DNA of 64,000 nucleotides from Eledone cirrhosa (Eukaryota), in the NCBI GenBank assembly GCA_964016885.1, contig OZ024741.1:89652001-89716000 (forward strand), in the 5' to 3' direction. The stretch's first letter is position 1. Every line of letters begins with the position of its first letter. The translations under genes were made by a program, and so were the position numbers. The notes beneath the pieces are model-generated. The model saw only the letters and a program-made list of their open reading frames with translations. It ran no database searches and was not told the DNA's origin. Positions 1 through 13,552 of this stretch are shown piece by piece.

Positions 1-914
1 TCTCATTATATAATATAATTGTAATGCTGCTCACTCAGCACACCAGCTTTCAGTAGCCGCGGTACATCAGTGTCTACACACACATATATGCAGGGTAGGT
101 GGAAGGAAACTATTTAAAATTGTTAATATCTTTATTAATTATAGGTATATTTTCATAAAATATGTTTTATTTTGAACAGAGTATAGTGCTAACATTCTAA
201 ATAGATACCAGCGCTGCTCCTCAGGGCCTGTATTCATTTGGGTATATCCTGGACTGACTTTATCAGGAACTCAGGCGGTATGTTAGTCAGTCAGTACATG
301 ACGAATTCGTTCCAATTGTGTCACAGTTTGGAGTTTTGAGCTACAAACTTCTTCCCTTACCCCCCCCCCCCCCCAGGAAAGAATCGCATGGCGTTAAGTC
401 AGGGCTTCCTGCTGTTCATTCATGCGGACCTCGGCGACCCAGTCAACTCACGGACAGTGTGTGCAAAATGAGTAAGGGCCTCATCTTGCATGAATATGAA
501 GTCGTTGATGTTGTCCTAAGTAGGCCAAAAGTTATAAGTAATTTTCAATAGAGATTCTTTCCACTCATCCTGTGTGTATATATTATATATACGCATATGC
601 GCTGGCATACACACGCACACATCTGCTATTGAAACTGTGAAAGCTTAACCGTAGGACAAAAATCCTTTATATATATATATATATATATATAAGGGGCGGT
701 GGGACTGGAGGGTCCATGCCCCCCACCACCAATAATAATATTTTTCTCCCCAAACTACCAAAACATCTATTTGTATATGCACTACAATTTATGTACATGT
801 TATGTTTATCGCATATCGAATTTTTTTTTATATCTTGGTTGATATTTGATAATAAAAGCTAAACTAATCACTACAACTAAATGCTTCCACCGCCGCTGTA
901 TGTATATATAAAAT

Positions 915-1176
915 TAAATAAAAATGGCGTAGGCATTACAATACAACGGGAGGAAACATAATAGTAACACTGATGTCGCAGAAAGAACTTTCATACTATA
1001 TATATCTGTATTTTTAACCGTTGGTCAATCAATGATAAACATTGATTGCCAGATAAATTAACTATGGAGATATAAAAGATACAGAAGCGAAAACCAACCC
1101 AAACCAAACAGTGAGTGTGTTCTGTTATCATTTCTGGTAATATTATAACAATATGACCCTCCCCAAGTATAACAAT
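915..1176 (+). mobile_element. Degenerate solo pseudo-LTR (3' UTR) of the Penelope family at 50-55 kb
   Basis: Matches 55255-55553 and 33985-34290 (atggcgtag...caacgggaggaaaca...caaacagtgagtgtgttctgtta...atatgaccctccccaagtataacaatat); hammerhead core partly deleted. Confidence 0.8.
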
Positions 1177-1574
1177 ATATATATATATATAAAGATGTAG
1201 ATGCATATGTAACAAATCCATTGATATTCATAAACACACAAATACGTTTCTTTCTGAATCACCTGGACATATTTGAACCACGCATCTGACTGTGTTTGCG
1301 TGCATTTGTGAATGTAAACAACACTAATTTCTTAGTGGAATGGAACTCCGTCGCTTTTGGCCAACTGATTAGCTTTCTCGTGAAATTAACGTGTATGTAT
1401 AGACACATACACAGTTAACATAATTCTTAGGAAGAATCGGCGTGACAGTGTGCGAAGAGGTTGGCCCTTTTCAATAACAGGTACAGTTCATCTGACGGAC
1501 TTTCAGTTTCCGTCTATCCAATTTCAATCAAAAGGTGTGGGTCGACCCGAGGCTATGTGTCTAAGTCGAAAGTC

Positions 1575-1850
1575 TGTCTTAAGCCATTTAAGGCTCGTTA
1601 GACCGGTGCTTATCCCGGTTTCAATAACATGAAGCGACTGAAAATATAAGACTCCCACCCACCAATGGACAGGACGCCAGTCCATCGACGGGTTAAACCC
1701 CTAGCCGTTGTTGGTACTCATTTTCAGCTGAGTATACAGGAACAAAGTGAAATGAAATGTTTTGCCCAAGAACACAACACACGACTCAGCCCAGGAATCG
1801 AACCCACGACATTATGATCGTAAGTCCAACAAACACCCTTACCACTAGTC
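1575..1850 (-). mobile_element. tRNA-derived SINE
   Basis: Reverse strand has B-box GGTTCGATTCC followed by gtgttgtgttcttgggcaaaac...ctcagctgaaaatgagtacc central domain and gcttcatgttattgaaaccgggataag tail. Confidence 0.65.
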
Positions 1851-2011
1851 TATGAGACTAATAAACAATAATTGCCCAAAATGTCACCCAGAGGGATCGA
1901 ACCTCAGACCTAATGATTGCGAAGAATTTCTTAACCATTCGACCCTGCTATGTCCATTTTTAGTGGAATGTCTTTTTTTTTTTTTTCTAAATGAATGATG
2001 ACGTTGCTGCA

Positions 2012-2212
2012 ATAGTTTCTAATTTAGTCACGAGGTCAGCAATTTGTTGGGAGAGGAAAGTCGATTATTATTGACTCCATTACTTTAGTTGATCGACCTC
2101 GGAAGGATCAAAGATAAAACTAACCTCGGCGAGATTTGAACTCAAAACGTGGAAAGTTGTAAGTAGACATCACAGAATATTTTGTCCGGTACTCTAACGA
2201 TTCTGCCAATCC
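2012..2212 (-). mobile_element. tRNA-derived SINE (family also at 3.2, 4.2-4.85, 7.5, 9.3, 10.2-11.0 and 52.0 kb)
   Basis: Reverse strand: ttggcagaatcgttagag (A-box-like)...gagttcaaatc (B-box)...ccgaggt...gtcgat...agaaacta tail. Confidence 0.7.
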
Positions 2213-2429
2213 CTACAATATAATAGACGCAACTAAAACGGTAATAAGCATCTAAATATGTCATGTGTGTGAGTGAGTGTCTTACTGTCTGTATCTCTCA
2301 CCAGTTAACAATAAAGGGTTATCTGTCAGGTTAAGTTTCTATTTGAGAGAGAGAAAGAGAGGAAGCTATTTAATGCTCCACACTAAATTTTTCGCTAAGA
2401 AATATTTCTTTAAAGAACCTCCTCCTCTC

Positions 2430-3215
2430 CTTATGGTTGAGTGCTACCATTGAAGTACGACTGGGTGTCGTGGCGGTGGGTGGAAGCGAAGATTGGTACT
2501 GGTGGTAATATAACGGTAGAAGTGGTATTATATTCAGTAGTTGTGGTAGGTGGCGGTAGTAATATAGTGGTGTAAAGTGGTGGTGGTGATGATAGTAATA
2601 CGATGGTGGTGGTTGTGATATGGTAGTAGTGGTCACAATAATATGGTGTTGGTGGTGGTAATATAATAGTGTTGGTGGGGTGAGGTGGAGATGTTGATGA
2701 GAGTAAATATGTGTTATTGGTGCTAGTAATATGGCAGTGGTGGTGGAAATGTGAGTAATATGTTGTTGGTTTTAATATGGGAGTGATGGTGGCGCCAGTA
2801 ATATAAGGTCGTGATAGAGAAATATAATGGCGATAATACGGTAGTTGGGAGGCGAGGGACTATAACGGGTCCGTGTATACGGTAGCAATACAGTAGGCGG
2901 TTGGGGGTAGTAGTAATATAAGAACAACGGTAATGGGGTATGTAAAAACCTTATTTTGATTTCCTGGATTGAGGGCTGGTCAAATAAATTGACTGAAATT
3001 GTCAGGTTTTCATATTTCCAATAAAATACACCGACTGTAATCTTCAAATTTTGAAATATAACTAACTTGGTCCAGGCTGACAAGATTGAGATATAGTATG
3101 TGGGATATGGTATGGTAATGTGGTAGTGGTGGATATGGCTGGCGGTAATATGGTAATTGTGAGAGGTTAATACTGTGGATGTGGTGGTATGAAAATAGCA
3201 ATAGTATGGTTACGT
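2430..3215. repeat. GGT/TAG/GTG-rich low-complexity region
   Basis: Degenerate trinucleotide repeats; the P/Y/H-rich minus-strand ORFs are compositional. Confidence 0.6.
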
Positions 3216-3217
3216 AT

Positions 3218-3375
3218 GAGGTGGTGTATTGGCAGAGTCGTTAGAACGTCGGAGAGAATGCTTTGTGGTATTCGTTTAGGCTCTCTGTCCTCTAAGTTTA
3301 AATCCTGTCGTGGTCGATTTTGCTTTTCAAGGTCGATAAATAAAGTAGCAGTCTAGTACTCGTATCGATTCTTCC
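3218..3375 (+). mobile_element. tRNA-derived SINE fragment
   Basis: ggtggtgtattggcagagtcgttagaacgtcgg...aagtttaaatcc...ggtcgataaataaagtagcag. Confidence 0.6.
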
Positions 3376-4009
3376 TCAATTTCACTTCCTGCCTCTCGCA
3401 GAAATCGGCTATGTTCAGACCTGGAGAGGTATGGGCTTACACTAAGTTTAAATGCTTGAGGAAGAAGCCCCGTGGGGTAGAGTGGCTGATGCAGCAGGTG
3501 TCACTGGTTATTTTCCGCAGAAATAACTCCACTATTTCGTCTGCCGTGGGGTGCAGTTGAAATATAACGCCTAGACTGAGATGTGAGACTGTCACTCTCC
3601 TGCCCCTCACTTTCGCTATTTATTATTTTTACCGTTTTTTACTTCTTTCTATTCTGTTATTTTATGTATTTTCATCTCCACACATTTCTCTCTTTTCTCG
3701 ATGTCCAAGTATAAGGCGCCCCTGCGACTCATTTAAGAGTTAAAGACACATGATATAGGAATGGGGGGTAAATAGTGACAGTAGTGGTTGTGGTGGTGGT
3801 ATGAAGTGAGGGATGTGAAAAAGATGGCTATTGAAATAAATGACATTTTGTTGTTGTGGGCAAGGAAGGAGGCTGTATGTGTGTGTGTGCGCGCACGAAA
3901 GAGAGTGTCAGTACAAATGTATGAGGGCGAAAGGATGGAGGTTTTTGTGTATGTATGTGTGCGTGAGAAAGATAAGGAGAGGGGTGGAATAAGATTACAT
4001 TGTGTAGAG

Positions 4010-4176
4010 CAGTGGTTCCTAAAGTGGATTCTGCAAAGGAGTGTCTAGGGTTCCGTGAAAAAAGGTAGAGAAGTATATTTATATTACGACCATATAACAG
4101 TATTAGGCTTTGGGGTTCCCTCCAAAGTTTCTGAACTAAAAAGGGTTTCGTGTTTGAAAAAGTTTGGGAAACACTG
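4010..4176. mobile_element. hAT-like MITE
   Basis: Imperfect terminal inverted repeats CAGTGGTTCCTAAA / TTTGGGAAACACTG; no clean 8-bp TSD visible. Confidence 0.5.
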
Positions 4177-4860
4177 GTGGATTGGTTGAATCGGCTAAAG
4201 CGTCGGACAAATACTGTAAGGCTTACAGTGTAAGCAATTCTGGTAGATTACATTTTGAGTTCATATATCGCCGAAGTCAACTTGGCATTTCATCCTTGCG
4301 GAGTCGATTAACCGAGGAAGGATTTCATTATTATTGGCAATATCGGTAGAGCGTCAGACAACATGCTTTGCCGCATATAGTTACGCCCCTTTACGTGCTG
4401 AGTTCAAATCTCGTTGAGGTTAACTTTGCCTTTCATCTTTACGGGGTCGATAAAATAAAGTACCAGTAATGCACTGGGATATTTGCTGGCCTTGTGCCAA
4501 AAATAGAAACAATTATTATTGGCAATATCAGTAGAGTGTCGGACAACATGCTTTGCTGCATATAGTTACGTCCCTTTATGTTCTGTGTTCAAATCCCGCC
4601 GAGGTTAACTTGGGCGATAAAATAAAGAACCAGTCACGCCCTGGAGTCGATTAAATCAACTTTCCGCTCCCCCAAAATTGTTGGGAGAGGAGAAAGTCAG
4701 AAACCATTATTATTGGCAGAATCGCTAGATCGTCGGAGGAATGACGGCTTATGCAGATTTCAAATACCGCCAAGGTCAGCTTTGCTAGTACCAGTTAACT
4801 ACTGAGGTCGATTTAATCGGCTATTCCTTTTCTTCAAATTTCTGGCTTCATGCTTATGTA
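4176..4860 (+). mobile_element. Tandem array of about 4 SINE units
   Basis: Repeated attattattggcaatatcggtagagcgtcggac...gttcaaatc...gaggttaacttt...gtcgataaaataaagtaccag units starting near 4176, 4330, 4515 and 4710. Confidence 0.7.
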
Positions 4861-6774
4861 TAGCTCTGGATTAACCATTAAGCAAATAAACACGTGCTTA
4901 GGGCCTCAAGTAAAAAGGAGCTCTGTAGAGATTTTTCCCAGTTCAGTATATGAGATTTTTTTCCATAAGAAGTGAATGGGGATACCATAATCTGTCCGGT
5001 GCTTAAATCCACTAAAGGTATTAATCCGGTCTTTGCTTATGTAAGAAATTATATTGTAGAGAGCTGGAGTTAAAATACACATATGTGTGTATCCCAGGAT
5101 CTCTATGAAATCAAAAGTTTTTAGAATAGTTACACTGTGTCCCTATGTGTCGTGTATGGGGACTAAAAGAGTTGGCATCTGGAAGGACAGCCAACCGCAA
5201 AATACGATCTGAAAAGTATTCCGGTATGAGAAAGCAGATGTAAAGCATTTGCAATGGCTATTTTAAACTGTAAGTGTTTTAAATCTTTTAATCATCACTT
5301 ACTATGTAAGCACATGTAGTATTGTTTGACAAAAAATGTATACTTACCGCACAAAATTAGATTTAGAACTACAGAAACAGAGGTGGACTATACATTAAAA
5401 TAATCATTGACATGAAAATATGAAAATATCTCGTCAGATTCATTGGTTTCATTGCGTATATAGAGAGTTAGAGTTACTGTTTAAGGCTCTGAATCTCCCT
5501 GAGAACAATGTTAAATGTACACGCATAGGCTGTTCCGTTGATCAAACTGGAACATTCATCCTCGAGACGGACGGGTGTACTTCATATTCACACTCATGGG
5601 TGATCAGAACACACGAATTTAATATGGTGATGTGGGAGAGTTATTTTATTTAATTTAAATGAGATCTAGTGTCAATGCTATCTGTTTGTGGGTTAGAATA
5701 AATTTCTATGTCGTGAGAAGAATCTGTTGTTATTAGGACTATGAAAGAGAGAGAGAGAGGGGGGGGGGGTACGTGTTTCTCTCTGAGAGAAAGGTACAAT
5801 CAAGAAACGTCCGATTCTTATTTTGCCTACATCATACAACATCCCAAACTCAAGCAGTAAAAGGGTAAGCACTCCACTTACATGTTTTCTCTTAACGTAA
5901 TTGTCAGAAAGATTCAGCATGACACTAACTGGCCCTTTCAATTATAGGTAGTGTATTCGACCGGCTTCCATTTTCCGTTTACCCAATTTTACTCAGGGGG
6001 CATGGGTTGACCTAAAGTTATGGTAAATGACACTTGCTCAAGATGTTCCGCAGTAGAATTGAACCGGGACCTAATGATTGCGAAGCGAACGTCTTAACAA
6101 TTACTCTCGAGTTGGGGTGGAAAATCGCCAATTTTTGTTGGTTGTCTCCGTTCAGTCATTTAGTTGACATATTGAGACCCCAAACCACCTTATTTATTTT
6201 ATAATATACGGGGTTTCCCGTAATGTACATTTTTTTGTCATGTATAATGTTTTTAATGCATAAAAAAGTCACAGGAATGACAAACAAGCAACAACAAACT
6301 TTAGAAAGTATATACATAAAACATCGATTTAACAAACCCGGTTTAAAATGTTTATGGGGAAGAGTATACAGCCTATTTTGAAGGTGCTGGGCTTTGAGGT
6401 TAGGGCGTCCGTGTCACAATCATAAAATGTTTATAATAACCATTGCAAATGCTTCTCTGACTCAGAAAATATTAAACACTGCGTCATGGAACGTGTCTTA
6501 AAGATTTGCACAGTTTTAAAATTCCCCTAAAATAAACCGTGGCGGAACCACTTTGGCAGGTCTGTGTATAACTTCCTCCCACCAATGACGGAAGACAAGA
6601 AAATAGTAATAAGGAGGGGGCTGCTCTTCCTCCTCAAGATGAAAACATTAAAAACAACTCATTCCACTCTTGTCAACGTGGGCGTAAATAACAAATCTAC
6701 TACAGGTATCTACTTTCACAGTTGTGTTGATAACTGCAATTATGAGGGAAAGGTGTGGGAAGGTGTTTGTGTGT

Positions 6775-7040
6775 GTGTAGTGAAGATGGTTGGTTTATTA
6801 GTTAGGGTGTTATGAGCTCGATTCCCTGCAGTGCGTTCTGTCCTTAAAGAAAAGGCTTTATTTCACGTTGCTCTACTCCACGCAGCCGGCAAAAATGAGT
6901 TGCGCCTATAATTCAAAGAGCAAATCTTATCACAGGGTTACGTTGAATCTCCCTGAGAACAACATTAAGGGTACTCATGTCTGTGGAATACTTGCACGTT
7001 AATTTTACGAACAAGTTGTTGTTCGAACTGACGGAGGTCT
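6775..7040 (+). mobile_element. SINE of a second family (fragments also near 1350-1485 minus and 5485-5575 plus)
   Basis: gagctcgattcc B-box-like motif, tttcacgttgctc...aaaatgagt domain and gaatctccctgagaac motif shared with 5491. Confidence 0.5.
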
Positions 7041-8690
7041 AGCAGCCTACAGTCTATTGAACCGATCCAGTAAACTTCTGATATATATATTTTATCAATC
7101 ACTAAGATACTATATTAGCAAGGCAGGACAGAATTTATAACATCGTAATTTGAATTCATAACATATAGAACCATTCCGAGATCAGTTCTCGCGAGAGAGA
7201 TGTGTGTGTAGATGTTATATCGTATGTACGTGTCACGATATACATAGAATTAGTGCGAGGTAGGTAGATATGTAGAAGTTGGATGTATGTGTGTAATTAT
7301 ATATATAGAGAGAGACATACGCACATACATACATATACACACACAATGGGCTTCTGCAGTTTCCGTTTAGGTTACACTGAGCCTATAGTAGATGATACTT
7401 GCTGAAGATGAGGGACAGTGGAATCGAACCAAGAACATGTAAATGGGAATTTTTTACCCACACAGCTAAGCGAATAAGCAAGCACAAATATATACAAACA
7501 CACACACAGGGCGGTGAATTATTAGAAAGAAGTGTAAGAATGTCGAACGAAATGTCTTGCAAGTATTTATTCCGGCTCCTTGCAATCTAAGTTCAAATAC
7601 CAACAAGATCAACTTAAGCTTCTTGGGTCGATAAAGTACATGTCTAGGGGACAGTGAATTGGACGTCTTGCAATATTTGTTTTGGTTCTTCTGATTACAA
7701 ATCCCACCATCACCCGGTTTAACGTTTTCACTACCGTATTTTAATGTAACACACTATATTTCAAATAATTAAGATTTTTGAGGAATATACTAAAATTATT
7801 AATTATTTCATTACTACAATTGTATTTATCATATAACTTAACAAATGGCTCTGATATAAAATTGTGTTGGAAGATTTTGATTTAAATATGTAGTTTTATT
7901 TCATATAACCAAAGCCAGTTGTGGAGTAAATATCAACAACCTATACCAGCACTACCCCAATGATACAAAGCCAGACTGTGGAGAAGGACCCCAGGCACAA
8001 GCCATCTCATGGTCACAGCGGACAGAACAGAGAAACTATTACCTCAGACAGTAGTGAGGGAGACGTGTTGAAATAGCCACTCCAACTTCCGGGGCTCACC
8101 CCGGCGGGTGGCCTTTTCCGCCCCAGTAGCAGTGAGTAGGAAGGCGGTATGGGACCAAAGAACGCTAGAAGCACCCACCGCTACAAGTTCGACGACAAAA
8201 AACATATCGGAAAGCGGCCAGCTTCAATTATGCGAAGAATCTAAATAAATCTTAACGAAATTATAAACACAGAAGCAAGCACACACACACATACTGGTCA
8301 GTCACTACGAGGAGTTATTGTACCATCAGTTACTTCCACACTTCACATATCTGAAGTGTTCGCGGTACGCAGTCCATTTGATGCACGCACGTTATGGTAG
8401 AGTTGGTTCATTAGTAATAAGTAAAATACCTCCGTTAGAATTTTACTAATTATATTCTGTTATATATATATATATATATAACAGAATATAATTAGTAAAA
8501 AAAAAATATATATATATATACACAGAGGGAATTAAATGAGAGTGAGAAAAAAAATGTAAGCCAGATAAGTCTCCAAACTTCTCACTCCCGCATAATAGTT
8601 TGAATGAAAGCAACAGATTACTATCTGTCATATACATTAATTCTAGCTTTAAACAAGGATTTATATTAAAAGACCAGAACCCCTGTGTCG

Positions 8691-8741
<51 letters not shown>

Positions 8742-8805
8742 ATATATACATATATACATATATATATATAATATAAGATCAAAAGATGGTTAAAAGAGTT
8801 CCATG

Positions 8806-8876
8806 TATTTTATTATGCGCATTTCAAAAACAAATATCATCATGCGATGACATTTGCGTTTTCGTCAGATAAAATA
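8806..8876 (-). ncRNA. Type I hammerhead ribozyme motif (family B)
   Basis: Reverse strand: TATTTTAT-CTGACGA-AAACGCAAAT...ATTTGTTTTT-GAAA-TGCGCA-TA^-ATAAAATA; palindromic stem III. Confidence 0.8.
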
Positions 8877-9149
8877 GGGAGACATGATATGAAGGTTAAA
8901 AACACTTGTGAATAGTGCAGTTTTAAATCAACATATTATTTATACTCCAGTCCTACAAACTGTAGAGTGCTAATTATCCGATATCTGCATTGCTTTATTG
9001 TACTACAATAAAACTCACCTCCTACATTATATATATATATAATTATAAAATATTAAACAAATAATGAATAAACAATGAGACAGTATATATATAATGTGTG
9101 TGTGTGTGGGATTGTGTGGTTGTGTCTATATTCAGGTTTGTTTCCGTGT

Positions 9150-9292
9150 TTGGTTGTCCCGTAACTTATCGGTTGGAAAAAAAAGAGATCGATGAAATAA
9201 GCACTATGGTCGATATGATGGACTAACTAAATCAAGGAATAAAAGCGGTCGGTGCCACAGCATGGCTACAGTCTAATGACTGAAATTAGTAT
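9150..9292 (+). mobile_element. SINE 3' fragment with a CR1-like tail
   Basis: ggtgccacagcatggctacagtctaatgactgaaa resembles the CR1 3' end at 36760-36800. Confidence 0.5.
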
Positions 9293-9295
9293 AAT

Positions 9296-9520
9296 AATAA
9301 TTGTTTCTACTTTAGGTACAAGGCCAACAATTACGGGGGAAGGGAAAGTCGATTAAACCGACAGTTATGTGTGTGACGAGTACTTTATTTTATCGACCCG
9401 GCAAGGATAATAGGCAAAGCTAACTTCGGCGGGATTTGAACTCAAAACGTAAAAAACCATAACTATATGCCACAAAGCATGTTGTCCGACGCTCTACCGA
9501 TACTGCCAATCCACCGCCCT
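9296..9520 (-). mobile_element. tRNA-derived SINE
   Basis: Reverse strand ggcggtggattggcagtatcggtagagcgtcggac...gagttcaaatcccgccgaag...agaaacaattattat. Confidence 0.75.
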
Positions 9521-9565
9521 TATAACAATTCGATGACCATCTGCTATAGTACGGCTTCAACTTCG

Positions 9566-9599
<34 letters not shown>

Positions 9600-10244
9600 G
9601 TATATATATATATGTGTGTGTGTGTGCGTATGAACTACACACAAACACACTCACTCATAATCTATAATATAAATAATACAACTTACCTAGTATGGGGATA
9701 TATTCCATGCTAATTAAACTCCATTCCTATATCAAGAATTGCTTTTCACGACTTTTTTTTAATAATATCCCTCTTGCGAATGAATCTCCGTTAGTTGTTG
9801 AGAAAAGCCGACAGAAATAGTAGCAGTAGTTGTAGTATCAGTAGCAGCAGTAGTTTGTAAGTTTTGCGTCGTTGTGTATATATGTGTGTAAAATCTTATA
9901 CAGCTGCGTTCTTAGCAGCTGCTTGCTTCTTTTGCCTTCAAAAATCCTCTGACTAATCACCTTTAATAAATTTGTTTTTGTTTATGATATCGTCCCGTCC
10001 TCTGTGGGTAAATATGTATATGACTGTGTATGTGTGTTCGTAAGAGAGTGTGTGTAAATAAATAAATATTATAGTGGACATTGTTTTAAACGTTATGATT
10101 TTCGTAACTGAAATTATATTTTGTATGAAATGTTTTGTGTATTTCGTTTTGTTGTATTCGTTTACTTTTATTTTGATGGCGAATAGGTTTATGTAAGAAA
10201 AAAAATCATATAAGTAAAATTGAAAATATAGTCTTCATAATGCA

Positions 10245-10972
10245 GATAACTATAATAATTGTTTCGACTTTTGGTACAAGGCCAGCTATTTGAAGGGAAG
10301 CGAAGGGGGTGTGATTAAATTGATCCCAGTGCGTTACTTATACTTTATTTTATCCACCACATAAAGATGAAAAGCGAAGTTAACTTCGGCAGGATTTGAA
10401 CTCGGGATGTAAAGGGTCGTAACTATATGCAGATAACTATAAAAATGGTTTCTGATTTAGGCACTAGGCCAACACTTTTGGGAAAAGGAAAAGTCGATTA
10501 AATCAACCCAGTGCGTTACTACTACTTTATTTTATCGACCCCATAAGGATGAAACGCAAAGTTAACCTCGGTTTAATTTGAACTCAGAACATAAAGGGGT
10601 GTAACTATATGCAGATAACTATAATAATAGTTTTTTATAAACTATAATAATGGTTTCTTATATAGGCACAAGGCCAGCAATTTGGAGGAGGGGAAAGTCG
10701 ATTAAATCGACCTCCAAAGCGTGACTGGTACTTTATTTAATCGATCCCGTAAGGACGAAAGGCAAAGTTCACCTCGGCGGGATTTGAACCCAGAACATAA
10801 AGGGTTGTAACTCTATGCGCCAAAGCATGGCGTCCGACCCTCTACCGATATTGCCTTAACTATAATAATTGTTTCTACTTTTGGCACAAGGCCAGCAAAT
10901 TACCCAGTGCATTACTGGTACTTTTTTTATCGACCCCGTAAGGATGAAAGGCAAAGTTAACCTCGACGGGAT
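10245..10972 (-). mobile_element. Tandem array of about 4 SINE units (~185 bp)
   Basis: Units restart at aactataat/aaa...tgtttc near 10248, 10435, 10640 and 10858; two lack the A-box head. Confidence 0.75.
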
Positions 10973-11139
10973 TATATAGTAATAACAGATAACTATAGAT
11001 TGTTATAATAGTTCAATAAATTGGGTAAAGAACCACTTGGGACTGGGGAAAAAAGTGGACAGAGTCACCTTGCAGGGAAAACGAACCCTGCATCTTTCTT
11101 ATGCTGGGCGAACGTGTGTATAATTATTTGTATATGTGT

Positions 11140-12026
11140 ATACGAGAGTCGGCTGAGAAGTTCATAGGCCAACCAAGATACTCACATGGAATGACCAAAT
11201 GAGGTTTATTTTTCAACATAGTCCCTGGAAAGAAACAATGCAGGGAGATCCTGGTCTAGGGTTTAATCTCAATCAGGATCTACATTAAAGAGGTTTTACT
11301 AATTCTGCTTTTAGATCACAAAGCATGGCCTGGACGTCGCAAGCTTCCCTTCCCAGCCCGAGCCATCGGGGCTGGATCGAGGGGACGGCAAAAGACCAGA
11401 CGGCATGACAATCTTCCCCTTCCACAAGGATAGCCCCCTCATCTGGGATGCTACATGCTGTGACACCTTCTCTAGCGGCAACCTGGTGCGTTCGGCTACC
11501 AGCCCAGGCTTCACTTTTCATCAGGCTGAAGAGAGTATTGACCGCTGTCCAAGTATTGACCGCTCTCTGATAGGTTTGTGGTAGAGCCAGCAGCAGTGGA
11601 GACTTCCGGTGTTCTTGGCTCCCGGACCACATCCCTGCTCACGGCTATTGGAGTGGATTTGGCTGTCTGCAGGTGCGAGCCCCGCGAGGTGGAGTGGCTG
11701 TTCCAGTGTATCTCCCTCACTGTCCTCCGGGGCAATGTATTCTCTATCCTGTCGGCGACGACCAAGAGGCGGAGGGTAAGATAGCTGGAGGTGGAGGATG
11801 CTCGTATATATATATACATTGAAATCCTTAGAAAACTCTTTCCTGGTGATTTCTCGTTCCTATAGAAGTCATTTCTATATAAAATAAATCATGAACCTTC
11901 TTGGTTAAACTTATGGTGAGAACCTTTCTTAACTTAGCATAAGAGTTAAAATTAATGCATGCACGATTTTACAGCTCTAGCATCACTACTTCATAGTCAG
12001 CTTATGAACTTTTCAGACTACCCACA
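11140..12026. mobile_element. Mariner-like non-autonomous element ends enclosing a nested CRE fragment
   Basis: Left TA-CGAGAGTCGGCTGAGAAGTTCATAGGC and right GCTTATGAACTTTTCAGACTACCCA form imperfect TIRs; tttttcaacatagtccc subterminal motif. Confidence 0.5.
11312..11804 (+). pseudogene. 3' fragment of a CRE-like non-LTR retrotransposon (restriction-like endonuclease domain)
   Basis: Manual translation ITKHGLDVASFPSQPEPSGLDRGDGKRPDGMTIFPFHKDSPLIWDATCCDTF...AEE / VEPAAVETSGVLG...EVEWLFQCISLTVLRGN; frameshift at a duplicated AGTATTGACCGCT; ends in (TA)n. Confidence 0.8.
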
Positions 12027-12199
12027 TATACATCATGTTTTCCTTCTCGTTTCAAATTGAAAAGGAATTTCAATCTTGAATAAGTATTTTTTTAAAGCAT
12101 TAAAATAATAAAAAGGAAAAGAAAAAAAAAGAGGGAGTGAATAATGAAAAAAGTTGATGGGGAGAAGGGGGGAAACTCTACACCCTTGGCTAGGTGATG

Positions 12200-12370
12200 T
12201 ATTTAGGCTGCGCCTTGCAGAATAGATAGTGAAAGTATTGTCGTAGAAAACAGCCAATGGCACCCGCTGCATCAACCATTCCACTTCACAGGACTCATTC
12301 CTCAGGCGATGTGCACTCGTCCCGATTTTGGAGAAGAAAATGGCAGTCCGGGTACCGAGAACACCGGAAA
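12200..12370 (-). pseudogene. Second, diverged CRE-like 3' fragment
   Basis: Reverse translation SGVLGTRTAIFFSKIG...EVEWLMQRVPLAVFYDNTFTIYSA is homologous to 11605-11760. Confidence 0.65.
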
Positions 12371-13415
12371 AGATTTTTCACTAAAACCTACCCTTTTTCC
12401 TCTTTTTCATCCAACTCTCAACTAATATTTAATATTTGAAAACAATACGGCTCTTTATATCATTATATCAATTATTATTATTATTATGGAAGTGGTTATT
12501 ATAGTTGACGTTGCTTCCTTTTCCTTTTTTACTAATCCGTATTTCCAACAAAAGACAGCAGTATAATTACTGTAGGGGAAGTCAGTATACAATGTGCCAG
12601 TGGGGTTACGGTGTACGCGCGCGTAGTTGTGAAATAAACTGCAGTGAGTGGGCAGACTGATATTTAAAAAGAAATTATTCAGTGGTTACCAAAAGTTCTT
12701 TTTGTGTGCTTTTATTTTAATGACGAGAATAAACAAAACGTCTGCTTGTCAGAAGTGTGTGTGAGTATATTTGGGCGTCTGTCTTCTGTCTCAAATTCAT
12801 ATAATATATATATATATATATATATATACTGCTCTAAATAATGACGTATTATATTCGTTTTTGCCCGTTCTTTGCCAGGGAAACGTTTCCAGGAACCAAA
12901 GTATCGTCTTCCTGACTTCCTCCGGTTGCAACGTTTTTTGAAATATTCACATCTGCGTTCACAGATTGACTTTGTTAGTTTCAGAAGATCCCGTTAAGCA
13001 GCGATTCTTTGATTAAACTTTAATCTGTTATTTTAATAAATATTTGCTCTACGATTCTTAAATATTTGATATATATTTATCCTTATCGAGCCCTCTTTGG
13101 ATTTTAGTCTTCAAATTTATTATTATTACTATATATATATATATATATATATACAAAATTTAGTACAGCATCATCGAAGCTCTGGTTGCAGCCAAGCTAA
13201 CGAATGCAATCTCGGTGTGTAGCTAAGCACTCAATAGGGTATATTACCCTAGAGTTATAACATTACGTTTAGACAGCTTTGCAAATTGAAGACAGCGACC
13301 GATAGACGGGCCGCAGTGACCATAGCGACGAAAAAAACTGAACTCAGGATAAATACATATATATATGTACACACACACACACACACACACATATATATGT
13401 ATATGCATGTATGTG

Positions 13416-13494
<79 letters not shown>

Positions 13495-13552
13495 ATACAT
13501 ACGTAGATATATGTATATTAATAAATGGAAACTATATTTATAAAACCATATT

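Noticed and set aside
318-8450. Short ORFs as host exons
   Set aside because: No recognisable domains or supported splice structure; most overlap SINEs or low-complexity sequence
4176-10972. tRNA genes or CRISPR-like arrays
   Set aside because: The A/B boxes belong to SINE heads with no cloverleaf, and the repeats are long diverged units without spacers or cas genes
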